From the NCBI GenBank assembly GCA_039680575.1, contig JBDKSP010000014.1, forward strand, positions 1-39,943: a stretch of DNA of 39,943 nt. The letters are read 5' to 3'. The stretch is from Armatimonadota bacterium (GTDB taxonomy: Bacteria; Armatimonadota; UBA5829; DTLH01). Under the pieces are notes generated by a model. It was not told the DNA's origin. It saw only the letters and a list, made by a program, of their open reading frames with translations, and did no database searches. Below are positions 1 to 9,754 of the stretch, piece after piece (positions within the stretch are counted from its first letter, which is position 1; each line of letters starts with the position of its first letter). Position numbers and translations under genes: made by a program.

Positions 1-60
1 ACACAACTTGCTAAAACTAAAGCAAACAACAGACAACAGAAGCGTAAGACGCAAGATTAA
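1..60 (+). CDS. possible 3' end of an upstream gene (…TQLAKTKANNRQQKRKTQD*)
   Basis: Frame 1 is open from the window edge to TAA at 58-60; too short to identify. Confidence 0.3.
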   Translation, partial: TQLAKTKANNRQQKRKTQD

Positions 61-144
61 CCTGTGCTGCTGGGACAATGACTTCCTGGCTTCCGTAGTT
101 GCTGGATTTTAGTGCGTAAGCCCTGCCTTTAGCCCAGCCGTTTA

Positions 145-173
145 TTGACTTTTACTACGGCTGGGCCTAAAAT
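145..173 (+). promoter_or_regulatory. sigma70-type promoter of the TPR gene, overlapped by an inverted repeat (128-141/157-171)
   Basis: TTGACT(145-150)-N17-TAAAAT(168-173); AAGGAG RBS before ATG 209. Confidence 0.7.
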
Positions 174-208
174 TTCGTCAGTAAATATCGGTTCAAGGAG
201 AGATAACA

Positions 209-3200
209 ATGCTCAAACGAGGCGTGTTTTGTGCGTCTGTGGCCTTGCTGTTCACATTTATGTTTTCCTTCGGCGCTCTTTGCCAACCCAAAAGCCCTGG
301 AGCCGACCACTTCAACAAGGCACTGGGTCTACATAAAAGCGGTAAAATTGATGCTGCAATTGTCGAGTATAAACAAGCAATCGAGGCTGACCCAAAACTT
401 CAATCCGCCTTACTGAACCTGGCAAGTATCTACCTGGCAAAAAACAGCCCGGATGCAGCCCTTCCGCTGCTCGTCAAGCTGTCCGGGCTTAATCCCCGGA
501 ACACTCAGGTGCTGTCGGAAATCTCCAGGATTTACCTTTCGAAAAACCATCTGAGCGACGCAGAGAAATATGCCCGAAAAGCTGTAAAGATAGATCCAAG
601 GGACTCAACAGCGATCTTTACACTGGGGATCATAGCCGTAAAAGAAGAAGACTATACCGGCGCGGCAGTACAATTCAAAAAATCTGTTGACCTGAACCCC
701 AAAGACCTGGTTGCGCGGCGTAACCTGGCCTGGTGCTATCTCAAACTCAAAAAATACGATCAGGCGCTTCCCCAGTACAACCGTATACTGGCCGCTTTAC
801 CCTCAGACATAGAAACCCGCCGCGTTGCCGCGGATATTGCCGCAAGGCTGGGCAAGTCCGATGAAGTCATTAACCACCTGAAGATCATCCGCAAGGCTGA
901 TCCGAAAGACTCTATGGCGCTTGTAGGACTTGCAGAGGCCTACGAACGCAAGGCCTTGTCGAGCAGGGATACCAAAACCAAAGCCACTTATCAGGAAAAG
1001 GCTGTCAAATACTGGAACGACCTGCTGGCTGTAGATGCGAAGAATTTCAGCGCCTTGTCCGCGCTTGGAAGATATGCATACGAAAAAGAGGATTTCGCAT
1101 CCGCCAAGAAGTATTTTTACAGCGCCTGCATGGCAGACCCCAAAAGTGCGGGCGCGAAGTATAACCTTGCGCTGGCCGAGACCCAGCTAAAAGACTTCGC
1201 TGCAGCTGAGAAGCATTATATGGCTGCCTTGAACGCTGACCCGAAAAACTCTTTCATCGCACCTGCGTTGGCGGGTCTCTTTGAGCAGCAGGGGAAGTTC
1301 GAAGACGCAATAAAGTACCTCAAGATTGCGGCTGATCGGAATCCAAAGGATGAGAGCCTGCCTATTCGCATCGCTTCCGATTATTCGGCGGCTGAGAAGT
1401 ACCCGGACGCAGAGCGCGAATACCAGGCGATCCTCAAGAAAAACCCCAGGAACCAAATGGTCATGAGCGCCCTGGCCGGCATTTACCGGCAGCAGAAGAA
1501 GTATGATGAAGCCATAGCGGAACTGCGGCTGATTGCAAAAACATTCCCGGATGACAAAGCCGCCGGTAACCAGCTATTCGCTATGATGTCGCCGGTCGAC
1601 CAGATCGCCGACATCAGGATAGAACAGGGCAAATTCGATGAAGCGATAGCGGAATACAAGTCACTTCTCGCCAAAAACCCGAATGACCGAAAAGCCCTCG
1701 AGGGTATAGCGCGGGTCTACCAGAGCCAGAACAAGTTCGATGAAGCGATTGGGGAGTGGCGGAAGATCGAAGCCATCTCTCCCAAGGATACGGAAATCAA
1801 CCATAGGATCGCTTCGCTTTACCTGTCGAAACCGGACAAAGGCAAGCAGGATAACGCCATAGCCGAATACAATGCTGCCCTAAAGAAGGACCCCAAGGAC
1901 CGGTTCGCCATGAATGAACTGGCGCGGATATACCGTGATAGGAAAGAATATGACAAAGCCATAGAGCAGTATCGGCAGATGTCTGCTGATCTGCCGAAAG
2001 GGGTTCTTGAACCGTCCGGGTTTTCATCGCCGGAAAGCCAGATCATCAATATCATGATCGAGGAGAAAAAGTTCGACGAAGCCGCTGCGGAATGCATCAA
2101 AATGCTTGAGCAGGATCCCAAAGACGAGATGGCATTCCAGTGCATAGACCAGATTGCCAATCAGGTAAATGACCCGGATAAAGCTGCCGGCTACTGGCAG
2201 AAACTGATCGAACTGGACCCCAAGAACCCGGAACCGCGCAAGCGCATGGCGAACTATTACGCAAGACAGAAAAAATACGACCTCGCTATCGCGCAGCTTG
2301 AGGATATTCTGAAGGTAAACCCGAAAGATGCGACCTCGATCGACTGTATCGGGAACCTGTTGGCGAGACAGGGCAAGAAAGAAGAAGCTATTGCCAAGTA
2401 TCGCGAAGCGGCGGAGATCGATCCAAAGGATATTCAGCCTCACATTCTCATTGCGAATGCGTTCGAATCGATGGGTAAAATGGACGAAGCCCAGGCGGAG
2501 CTTGAAAAGACATGCGAGGCAAACCCGAAGAACCCTGCAGCATATGAGGCTCTGGCCGGGTTCTACGAAAAACGGCTGAAGCCGGATGAAGCGATCAAAG
2601 TATATGAAAAGATCCTTACGTTCGACAGCAAAAACCCGGATGCACAGCGAAGCCTGATCGAACTGAATAGGCGTGCCGGACGGTATGACAAAGCTATCGA
2701 GTATCAGAAGGAATTATCGAAGTGGCATCCGCAATACACCAGCCCGACTGATCTCGGGAAGCTGCTGGCAGCGGCCGGAAGGACGGACGAAGCCATAGCC
2801 GAATACAATAAACAGATCAGCCAGAACGGCCCCGGCGCAGCTTCGCTCAAGATGGAGCTTGGCGCGATGCTCCTGGGAAAACAGCAGTTGGATGAGGCAC
2901 TGGCGGTCTACACCGACGCTTCCAGAGACCCGCAGACAGCGGCTGAGGCACTTTCTGCGATGGCCGATATTCATACAAAGCAGGGTAAGGTAGACCAGGC
3001 CGCAGATGAGCTCAAACAGGTGCTCAAGCTGCAGCCGTCTAACGGAACAGTGCTGAATCAGCTCGGCAAGGTCTACAAGGACAAAAACCAGGAGAACGAA
3101 TGGCTGGAGCTTCTCAATGAGACGGTAAAAAACTCCAGTCAGATTCCGCTTTACAGCTTTTTGATGACGGAGTACAAGTCCGCAAACAAGGTGAACGAAG

Positions 3201-3610
3201 GAATAGCCTTCCTTGAGACACTCCTCCCTGAACGGGATAAGGACCGCGGGCTCAATCTGACACTCGTATATTGGCTGCAGGAAACGGGTGAGCACCAGAA
3301 AGCCATCGATCTATGCAAAAAACTGATCGATGCGGACCCAAACGGCAACTGTGACGTCCACTCCGTGCTCGGCGATATCTATGAGAGTCAAAATAAACCG
3401 GAGGACGCGGTTTCCGAATACAAAGCGTTCCTCGGCAAGTTCGATAACCCCGTATACCGGATGAAATACGCCGCGCTTCTCGAGAAATGCGGCAAGACTG
3501 CTGAGGCGCTTGACGAGTACAGAAAGATAAAGAAGACAGACCCGGCAAATGAGGAAGCTGCCAAGGCAATCAAGCGGCTGGAGCCACAATCGAAGCCTGC
3601 TGAACAGTAA
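209..3610 (+). CDS. large exported tetratricopeptide-repeat protein (1133 aa)
   Basis: Hydrophobic N-terminal signal-like segment followed by tandem TPR motifs (e.g. LG..Y...G..DEAI..Y.K.L..DP) over nearly the whole length. Confidence 0.92.
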   Translation: MLKRGVFCASVALLFTFMFSFGALCQPKSPGADHFNKALGLHKSGKIDAAIVEYKQAIEADPKLQSALLNLASIYLAKNSPDAALPLLVKLSGLNPRNTQVLSEISRIYLSKNHLSDAEKYARKAVKIDPRDSTAIFTLGIIAVKEEDYTGAAVQFKKSVDLNPKDLVARRNLAWCYLKLKKYDQALPQYNRILAALPSDIETRRVAADIAARLGKSDEVINHLKIIRKADPKDSMALVGLAEAYERKALSSRDTKTKATYQEKAVKYWNDLLAVDAKNFSALSALGRYAYEKEDFASAKKYFYSACMADPKSAGAKYNLALAETQLKDFAAAEKHYMAALNADPKNSFIAPALAGLFEQQGKFEDAIKYLKIAADRNPKDESLPIRIASDYSAAEKYPDAEREYQAILKKNPRNQMVMSALAGIYRQQKKYDEAIAELRLIAKTFPDDKAAGNQLFAMMSPVDQIADIRIEQGKFDEAIAEYKSLLAKNPNDRKALEGIARVYQSQNKFDEAIGEWRKIEAISPKDTEINHRIASLYLSKPDKGKQDNAIAEYNAALKKDPKDRFAMNELARIYRDRKEYDKAIEQYRQMSADLPKGVLEPSGFSSPESQIINIMIEEKKFDEAAAECIKMLEQDPKDEMAFQCIDQIANQVNDPDKAAGYWQKLIELDPKNPEPRKRMANYYARQKKYDLAIAQLEDILKVNPKDATSIDCIGNLLARQGKKEEAIAKYREAAEIDPKDIQPHILIANAFESMGKMDEAQAELEKTCEANPKNPAAYEALAGFYEKRLKPDEAIKVYEKILTFDSKNPDAQRSLIELNRRAGRYDKAIEYQKELSKWHPQYTSPTDLGKLLAAAGRTDEAIAEYNKQISQNGPGAASLKMELGAMLLGKQQLDEALAVYTDASRDPQTAAEALSAMADIHTKQGKVDQAADELKQVLKLQPSNGTVLNQLGKVYKDKNQENEWLELLNETVKNSSQIPLYSFLMTEYKSANKVNEGIAFLETLLPERDKDRGLNLTLVYWLQETGEHQKAIDLCKKLIDADPNGNCDVHSVLGDIYESQNKPEDAVSEYKAFLGKFDNPVYRMKYAALLEKCGKTAEALDEYRKIKKTDPANEEAAKAIKRLEPQSKPAEQ

Positions 3611-3628
3611 TTCGTGAGTAATAAAAGC

Positions 3629-3658
3629 CTCCCCCTGGACCTGCCGGTCCAGGGGGAG
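3629..3658. terminator. GC-rich hairpin between the convergent TPR and WD40 genes
   Basis: ctccccctggacc-tgcc-ggtccagggggag, perfect 13-bp stem. Confidence 0.7.
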
Positions 3659-3690
3659 AAGCACGAATCTCCACTAATCCGAAAAGTTGG

Positions 3691-3716
3691 CTTCGGCGCG
3701 AAATACGCGCGCGAAG
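3691..3716. repeat. imperfect palindrome, copy 1 (related to 4890-4916)
   Basis: cttcggcgcg-aaata-cgcgcgcgaag. Confidence 0.55.
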
Positions 3717-3758
3717 ATTCAAGTGATTCATGGACTTACGTTATACTTATTTCAAACC

Positions 3759-4880
3759 TTATCTTAACAGCCATACATTTATCTTCCCATGGTTATCCCC
3801 AATGGCTAATAGCTTATTATTCATTGAATAGCAAGCCTTCGGATTATAGGGGTTGCAGTTTTTCCCAATTCCCTGCCAGCGCTTTTCCGATTTGTTCTGG
3901 CTTACATCCCATAGCTCCAGAATATCTGGCTTATTTCTATTCAGAAATAACATCAGCTTTCCTCCCTTTGAATATAGTCCGATCGATGTCATTTCTTCAT
4001 CTTCAAAGAATGACACAAATTTACCTTTAGGCGCTTTTAAATCTAGGGATAACTCACCCCAAACAAGTACATCGTTATCAAGAAAAAACATTGGCCCAAA
4101 TGGAGTCGTTTTCATATCATCACCAGAGTAATATCTGAGTCTCCTTGTTGTTCGTACATCCCAGATACTCAAGTCTGCTATGCCAACCTCACCAGCTACA
4201 GATTCTGCTGCAATCAATGTCCCATCTGGTGAAAACGCAATTTGAGAGATATGCCCGCCTTCAAAGCCTTTCAGAACATTCTTTTGTTTCCAGGTCTTTA
4301 TGTCATATAAAAAAATAACTTGCCCTCTTTCTCCACCATTGATAGAATCTCCCACAGCAAGGGTTTCTCCATCAGGTGAAAAGGCTAAGCCTGAGTCATT
4401 GGATGGGTAATGATGGATTGTATGCTTTAGCTTGCCTGATTCCAAATCCCAAATCCGTACATCCGATTGTATTTTATCTTGTTGCCGGGAAGGATAATAT
4501 GCCTGATTTGAACTTGCAATAATTCTACTATCGGGGGAAATTGCAAATGACTGTATCTTTGTTCCAATTGGAATACGATGCAGTAGCTTATCGTTTTTTA
4601 TATCCCAGATACTTAGTGTGCTTTTTGATTCGCAATCTTTAGCTGAAGTTGCTGGATTTGTTCCTCGCGGCCAGTCATAGCTGGCAGATACCAATATTTT
4701 GCCATCCATAGAGAATGCTATTGCATTTATCCCGCCTGGGTTCTCCAATATATGCAAAGGAGAGCCCAAATGTGCAGTTTGCACCTGCCGTGCGAAAACT
4801 AAGTCTGTAAGGACTAATAACATAAACACTGATGCATAGAACCATTTATGCTTAATATACATATTCTTCACTGTTATCAC
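3759..4880 (-). CDS. exported WD40-repeat (beta-propeller) protein
   Basis: Repeated AFSPDG/ISPDS…IWD motifs and an N-terminal hydrophobic segment; DNA is visibly more AT-rich than the flanks. Confidence 0.88.
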   Translation of the reverse strand: MITVKNMYIKHKWFYASVFMLLVLTDLVFARQVQTAHLGSPLHILENPGGINAIAFSMDGKILVSASYDWPRGTNPATSAKDCESKSTLSIWDIKNDKLLHRIPIGTKIQSFAISPDSRIIASSNQAYYPSRQQDKIQSDVRIWDLESGKLKHTIHHYPSNDSGLAFSPDGETLAVGDSINGGERGQVIFLYDIKTWKQKNVLKGFEGGHISQIAFSPDGTLIAAESVAGEVGIADLSIWDVRTTRRLRYYSGDDMKTTPFGPMFFLDNDVLVWGELSLDLKAPKGKFVSFFEDEEMTSIGLYSKGGKLMLFLNRNKPDILELWDVSQNKSEKRWQGIGKNCNPYNPKACYSMNNKLLAIGDNHGKINVWLLR

Positions 4881-4889
4881 CTTTGTATA

Positions 4890-4916
4890 CTTCGGGCGCG
4901 GTTTTTACGCGCGAAG
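4890..4916. repeat. imperfect palindrome, copy 2
   Basis: cttcgggcgcg-gttttta-cgcgcgaag. Confidence 0.55.
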
Positions 4917-4928
4917 CATCACGATTCT

Positions 4929-5469
4929 TTATCTCAGTTTCTCGTCCATATGCTGTTCCAGATCCTCAAGAGCATCCTTCACTGCTCGCGTCCTATCGGT
5001 TGAAGAAAGCTTCTTATTACCAATGTCAATTGTGTCCACCTCAACCACAGCCTCGCGATCACTTATCGGAGGATTCGTTTTCGGAGCGAAAGCTACTACC
5101 ACAAGGCATGGCAGCGGGAGCATAGAATAGATACGCCTTCTTACCGGGGTTGGACCTAACCTCGGCAGTCCGTAAAGACTGAGATATAGAAAGCCACTGG
5201 CGTACTTTGGGAATATCCGCCCTGAAGCTCCAGTGTCCATATATCTCATAGCTCGACGCGCCACCTGCGTATTTCGCATGTTCGGGGACCTCATCCAATC
5301 CAATCTTTCGGAACTCCCTACTCCATTCAGTACGCGCATGCTTCGTGAGTTCGTGTTTATCTGGGCCGTAGTAGATCGCGTAACAAAGCAAGAGCAACAG
5401 GATACCGAGTGCACCTGCACAACCAACAGAGACTTTAGCCAGATTTCTCCAACTCACTCTACTCAACAT
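4929..5469 (-). pseudogene. hypothetical membrane-anchored protein, probably frameshifted near 5090-5130
   Basis: ORF 5059-5469 has an N-terminal TM helix. A protein-like C-terminus (…VVVAFAPK…EAVVEVDTIDIG…KDALEDLEQHMDEKLR) continues in the adjacent frame to stop 4929. Confidence 0.5.
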
Positions 5470-5514
5470 TCCACTCCGGGTACCAATTAGTATAAAATAG
5501 ATGACTGTCGGACT

Positions 5515-5690
5515 TTATATAAGTCCTGTCTCTGGATTGTAATACCGCACCTTTAGGTATGTTAGCCCGGTCGCATCAGTATAATAACGATAATCGCCCA
5601 CATATCCAAAGTTTGGTGCATTAAGAGAATAAACCGCTGCAACATTACCATAGGCATTATAGATAGCTGCTTCGATCTGTTCAAGATTCC
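5515..5690 (-). pseudogene. RHS repeat-associated core domain fragment
   Basis: Manual translation gives …IYNAYGNVAAVYSLNAPNFGYVGDYRYYTDATGLTYLKVRYYNPETGLI*, matching the RHS core signature YxxxG…FGYxG…TGLxYxxxRYYxPxxG; no start codon and a premature stop. Confidence 0.85.
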
Positions 5691-5706
5691 GAAGGCAGAA
5701 TTTTCA

Positions 5707-5735
5707 TTGACTTAGCAGCCTGGGTGTGGTAAAAT
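5707..5735 (+). promoter_or_regulatory. sigma70 promoter of tRNA-Met
   Basis: TTGACT-N17-TAAAAT with an extended -10 TG. Confidence 0.8.
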
Positions 5736-5751
5736 AACCTGCAACTGAAAT

Positions 5752-5828
5752 GGCGGAGTACCTCAGTTGGTTAGAGGACCCGGCTCATACCCGGGGCGTC
5801 GTCAGTTCGAGCCTGACCTCCGCTACCA
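5752..5828 (+). tRNA. tRNA with CAT anticodon, probably elongator tRNA-Met
   Basis: Cloverleaf: acceptor GGCGGAG/CTCCGCT, D-stem CCTC/GAGG, anticodon arm CCCGG-CTCATAC-CCGGG, T-arm GTCAG-TTCGAGC-CTGAC, encoded CCA. Positions 1:72 are paired, so it is not an initiator tRNA. Confidence 0.95.
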
Positions 5829-5838
5829 TATGGCAACA

Positions 5839-5880
5839 AAACCTGCTTTCAATTAAGCTGAAAGCAGGTTTATTTATTTT
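5839..5880. terminator. bidirectional intrinsic terminator (tRNA / smc)
   Basis: aaacctgctttca…tgaaagcaggttt followed by a T-rich run. Confidence 0.85.
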
Positions 5881-5893
5881 GGGGTATATTGCT

Positions 5894-8800
5894 CTAATTC
5901 TTCGATGCAACCGGGACTGCGACGACTTCCTGGCCCAGTTCCTTGCGCTCTTTTTCATCCGTCAGCCGAACTGAGATCAGCTTGGATATCCCCGGTTCCT
6001 GCATCGTGACTCCGTAGAGCGTATCCGCAGCCTCCATCGTAGCGCGGTTGTGCGTGACTACGATGAACTGGGAGTTAACCGTGAACTCCCTCAGTACATC
6101 GGCAAATCTCTCGACATTCGTATCATCGAGCGGAGCATCGACCTCGTCGAACATTACGAACGGGCTCGGCCTGACCATAAGGAGCGCGAAAAGAAGCGCG
6201 GATGCCGTGAGCGCCCGCTCTCCGCCCGAAAGCAGCAGCAGGTTTTGCAGTTTCTTGCCCGGAGGCTGAACGATGACCTCAACCCCAGTCTCGAGCAAGT
6301 TGTTCGGGTCAGTCAAAACCAGCTCAGTCCGTCCTCCTCCGAAAAGCCGCTTGAACATCTTGTCGAAGTGCTCGCCCACCGCGTTGAAGGTAGTCATGAA
6401 CAGGTCTTTCGTCCCGGCGTCTATCTCTTTTATGGCGTCATGCAGCTTCACCCTAGCGTTTTCGAGATCGGTCTTCTGGGTCGTGAGGAACTCCCACCGC
6501 TCGCTCACCCGCTCGTATTCCTGAATTGCGCCGGTGTTCACCGGTCCCATCATCTTGATATCTCGTCTAAGCCTGCCGACTTCAGTGGCGGTCCCGCGTT
6601 CCACTTGCTCCGGTTCCTCGCGGGCAAGAGCTTCCTCGGCGGAGATCTCATACTCCTCCATCAGCCGGTCCGATGTCTGAGTCATCTGTATTTCCAGTCT
6701 GGCTTCGCGTACATCGCTGTCCCTGAGTATCTCGGCGGCCTCAGCCCTGGCTCGATGGAGCGATTTCAGCTCGGAATCCACGTTCGACACGGACTGAGAT
6801 ATCTCTGTCCGCCTTGCGAGCTGAGCGTCGAGCTCCTTTTGAGCCGCCGCAAGCGCAGCCTCGGTCTTTTCCGCGTCCGATAGCAGCGTTCCCTTTTCTT
6901 CTATGTTCGATGCGGAGTCTGTCGAATGTCTGTCTATCTCACTCTTTATCGTTACAAGCTCGGTATCCATTTCGGAAAGTGATACAGTGGTCTGGCGGAT
7001 CGATTGCTCGAACCCAACGCGGCGTTCCCGGATGGATGCCAGAGTGACCGACATCTCCATCAACTCTTCCGAAAGGGTCTCGCGTCTTGCCGTAAGCTCC
7101 TCGACCCGCTTCTGAGCCGCTGCAACATATTCATCCAGATCGGTGTTTTCCTTGCCCGCGGCTGAAAGCCCGACTTCGAGCGACGCGAGTGCCTCCGAAT
7201 CCTTAACGAGGGCGGCCTCGACCTCTCCTTTTTCGATCCCCACTACCTCGATCTGCCCGGCAAGCCGTTTCTCTTCCTGCGTAAGGAACTCGAACTGCCT
7301 TTCAGCCTCGACAAGCGCCAGCTTATCGGCGGAGTAGGCTTTTTCAAGCTCGTTTATCCTGCCGCCGGCCTTAGCGAACGAGTCGGCTGCCTCCGACGCC
7401 TCTTTTTCTGTCCTAGAGCGCGCGGAATCGAGCGACGAAAGCTCCTTTGTGAGTGTATTGATCTCCTGTTTTCTTCCGAGGAGGTTCGGTCCCTTACCCT
7501 GCCTTACACCGCCTGTCATCGCGCCCGTCGGGACGATGACTTCGCCGTCGAGCGTGACTATCCGCCCCCAGCCCGACGCATTGCGCGAGAACTGGACCGC
7601 GTTATCGATGTTATCGGCGACAACCACCCGCCCCAGAAGCACATTTATCGCCGCGTCGTATTTTCTGTCGCAGGAGATGATGTCGCTCGCGATCCCCAGG
7701 ACACCTTTTTGCTTGAGACCACCCGAAACGGACGCCGCTGTCGGTCGAACACCGTTCAATGGCAGGAAGGTCGCGCGTCCTGCCCGGTTTTCCTTGAGAA
7801 ACTGTATCGCCTCTTTTGCGTCATCGACTGTGTCTGCGATAATGTCCTGGATCGAGCCGCCGAGCGCGACGTCTATTGCCATTTCGAACCCTGCGGGAAC
7901 GGTAATGACATCCGCTACGACGGCGAAGCCTCCGCCGATCTTATGGTGCTTTTTGGCGGCCATCACAGCCCGGACACCCTCATAGAACCCTTCATGCGAC
8001 TCCGCCATCTCTTTCAGGGTCGAAAGCCGCGATGATTTTCCGACAGCCTGCCGGTTGATATCGTCGAGCCGGTTTTTGGCGGTTGATATTTTCGACTGAA
8101 GCCCCAGGTACTGCTCCTTAAGCGGCGGAAGCTCCCTGTCTCTGTCGGCCTGATGCTTTCTCAGCTCATCTGCGCGGGCGGTGACCTCGGACAACTTGCG
8201 GGCTGCGTCGTCCCGGCTTGCCGTAAGGGACTCAAGCTCGGCTCCGTACTTCGCAAGCGCCGTTTTAAGCTCTTCCTGCCGTGTCTGAAGTCCCTCGAAC
8301 TCGGTGCGTTTGGCCGCCTGCTCCCTGGCGAGTTCCACATAAGCTGATTTGCGGTCATCGACGATCCTCGAAGCCGATTCGAGCTCTGCCGTGACCTGCT
8401 CCAGCGCTTTCGACTTCTCGGACGTGTCGGATGCCAACCTGGTCTCACGCTCCGAACACCCGGCCTTCTCAGCCTCAAGCCGCTCGAGCCGCTCGCGGGC
8501 TTCGGTTATCTTGCGCTCGAGCTGAACGATTTCTGCGTCGAGCCGGTGGCGGGCTTCCTCTGAGGCTCGCCCTCTCTCTTCGGCCAGGGCGAGCCTGCTT
8601 TTGATGCGCTGCGCCGAAGTACTCGCTTCCTGATGGCATGCGCGTGCCCCATCGACGGCGCGGTCAAGCTCTGTGAGCTGGCCGGAGAGCTTTTCCTTCT
8701 CCCATTCCAGGTCGGAAATCCGCTTGTCCTGCTCTTTTACCCGCTCGGCTTCGTCTGTTTTGGTCTGGCGAACCTTATCGAGCTCGCCGGTCCAGCGTCT

Positions 8801-9502
8801 GAGGTCGTTGATCAGGAGTCCTGTCTCTATCTCCCTTAGGCGCGAAGTCAGCTCCTCGTAACGGCTGGCGATCTCCGCCTGTTCTGCGAGCGGTTCGACC
8901 TGTCCGGAGAGTTCCGAGATTATGTCGTTCACCCTTCTCAGGTTGGTCTCCGTGTTATCGAGCCTTCTCGCGGCTTCCTTCCGGCGGAACCGGTATTTTT
9001 TGATCCCGGCGGCCTCCTCGAAGAGCGACCTGCGGTCTTCGGATTTTACCGAAAGAATCGCGTCGATCTCCCCCTGGCTGACCATCGAATAAGCCTCGCG
9101 GCCCATCCCTGTGTCCAAAAACAGCTCGAAGATGTCTTTCAGCCTGCAGGACGACTTGTTGATGAGATACTCGCTCTCGCCGGAGCGATAGACGCGGCGG
9201 GTGACGGTGACTTCGGAGAAATCTATGGGAAGCGACCCGCAGGTGTTGTCTACGGTGAGCGAGACCTCCGCCAAGCCGAGCGGTTTCCGCCGCTCGCTGC
9301 CTGCAAAGATGACATCCTGGGACTTCGAACCGCGCAGGTTGCGCACATTCTGCTCTCCCAGCACCCATGAGATGGCGTCGGCTATGTTGCTCTTCCCGCT
9401 GCCGTTCGGCCCCACTACGGCGGTAATCCCAGAAGTGAGTTCCAGCTCGGTGCGGTCGGCAAAGGTCTTGAACCCCTGGATTTCGAGTCGCTTGATATGC
9501 AT
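5894..9502 (-). CDS. smc: chromosome segregation protein SMC
   Basis: GFKTF, Walker A GPNGSGKSN, long coiled coils, hinge GRATFLPL, signature LSGGE, Walker B FDEVDAPLD. Confidence 0.98.
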   Translation of the reverse strand: MHIKRLEIQGFKTFADRTELELTSGITAVVGPNGSGKSNIADAISWVLGEQNVRNLRGSKSQDVIFAGSERRKPLGLAEVSLTVDNTCGSLPIDFSEVTVTRRVYRSGESEYLINKSSCRLKDIFELFLDTGMGREAYSMVSQGEIDAILSVKSEDRRSLFEEAAGIKKYRFRRKEAARRLDNTETNLRRVNDIISELSGQVEPLAEQAEIASRYEELTSRLREIETGLLINDLRRWTGELDKVRQTKTDEAERVKEQDKRISDLEWEKEKLSGQLTELDRAVDGARACHQEASTSAQRIKSRLALAEERGRASEEARHRLDAEIVQLERKITEARERLERLEAEKAGCSERETRLASDTSEKSKALEQVTAELESASRIVDDRKSAYVELAREQAAKRTEFEGLQTRQEELKTALAKYGAELESLTASRDDAARKLSEVTARADELRKHQADRDRELPPLKEQYLGLQSKISTAKNRLDDINRQAVGKSSRLSTLKEMAESHEGFYEGVRAVMAAKKHHKIGGGFAVVADVITVPAGFEMAIDVALGGSIQDIIADTVDDAKEAIQFLKENRAGRATFLPLNGVRPTAASVSGGLKQKGVLGIASDIISCDRKYDAAINVLLGRVVVADNIDNAVQFSRNASGWGRIVTLDGEVIVPTGAMTGGVRQGKGPNLLGRKQEINTLTKELSSLDSARSRTEKEASEAADSFAKAGGRINELEKAYSADKLALVEAERQFEFLTQEEKRLAGQIEVVGIEKGEVEAALVKDSEALASLEVGLSAAGKENTDLDEYVAAAQKRVEELTARRETLSEELMEMSVTLASIRERRVGFEQSIRQTTVSLSEMDTELVTIKSEIDRHSTDSASNIEEKGTLLSDAEKTEAALAAAQKELDAQLARRTEISQSVSNVDSELKSLHRARAEAAEILRDSDVREARLEIQMTQTSDRLMEEYEISAEEALAREEPEQVERGTATEVGRLRRDIKMMGPVNTGAIQEYERVSERWEFLTTQKTDLENARVKLHDAIKEIDAGTKDLFMTTFNAVGEHFDKMFKRLFGGGRTELVLTDPNNLLETGVEVIVQPPGKKLQNLLLLSGGERALTASALLFALLMVRPSPFVMFDEVDAPLDDTNVERFADVLREFTVNSQFIVVTHNRATMEAADTLYGVTMQEPGISKLISVRLTDEKERKELGQEVVAVPVASKN

Positions 9503-9754
9503 ATCAAAGATTATCTCTTATTTTATGGCTTCCCGGCAATAGTTAACTTTGGGTTTGTATGGGGAAATGTTGGTCGGGGATATCGCTAAAGGGGACTCAG
9601 GTGCAAAAGACCCGCGTAAAGCATGCCTCTTCAAAATTATTGCAGATATTTTCTATTTTTCTGTCAATTTGGGTTGTAGTCAGATGCTCATAAAGGTAGA
9701 ATCACTGTACTTGCTGCCGGGCGTACGCGCGGCATTAAAAGTCTTGTTGCAAAG

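Noticed and set aside
3614..4131. + strand ORFs 3614-4030 and 3853-4131
   Set aside because: Antisense to the WD40 gene and run through a terminator; no protein-like features
3700..5828. Islet as a tRNA-integrated genomic island
   Set aside because: The islet lies 5' of the tRNA; no duplicated tRNA 3' end and no integrase seen
5750..5974. 74-aa ORF
   Set aside because: Overlaps the tRNA and its terminator
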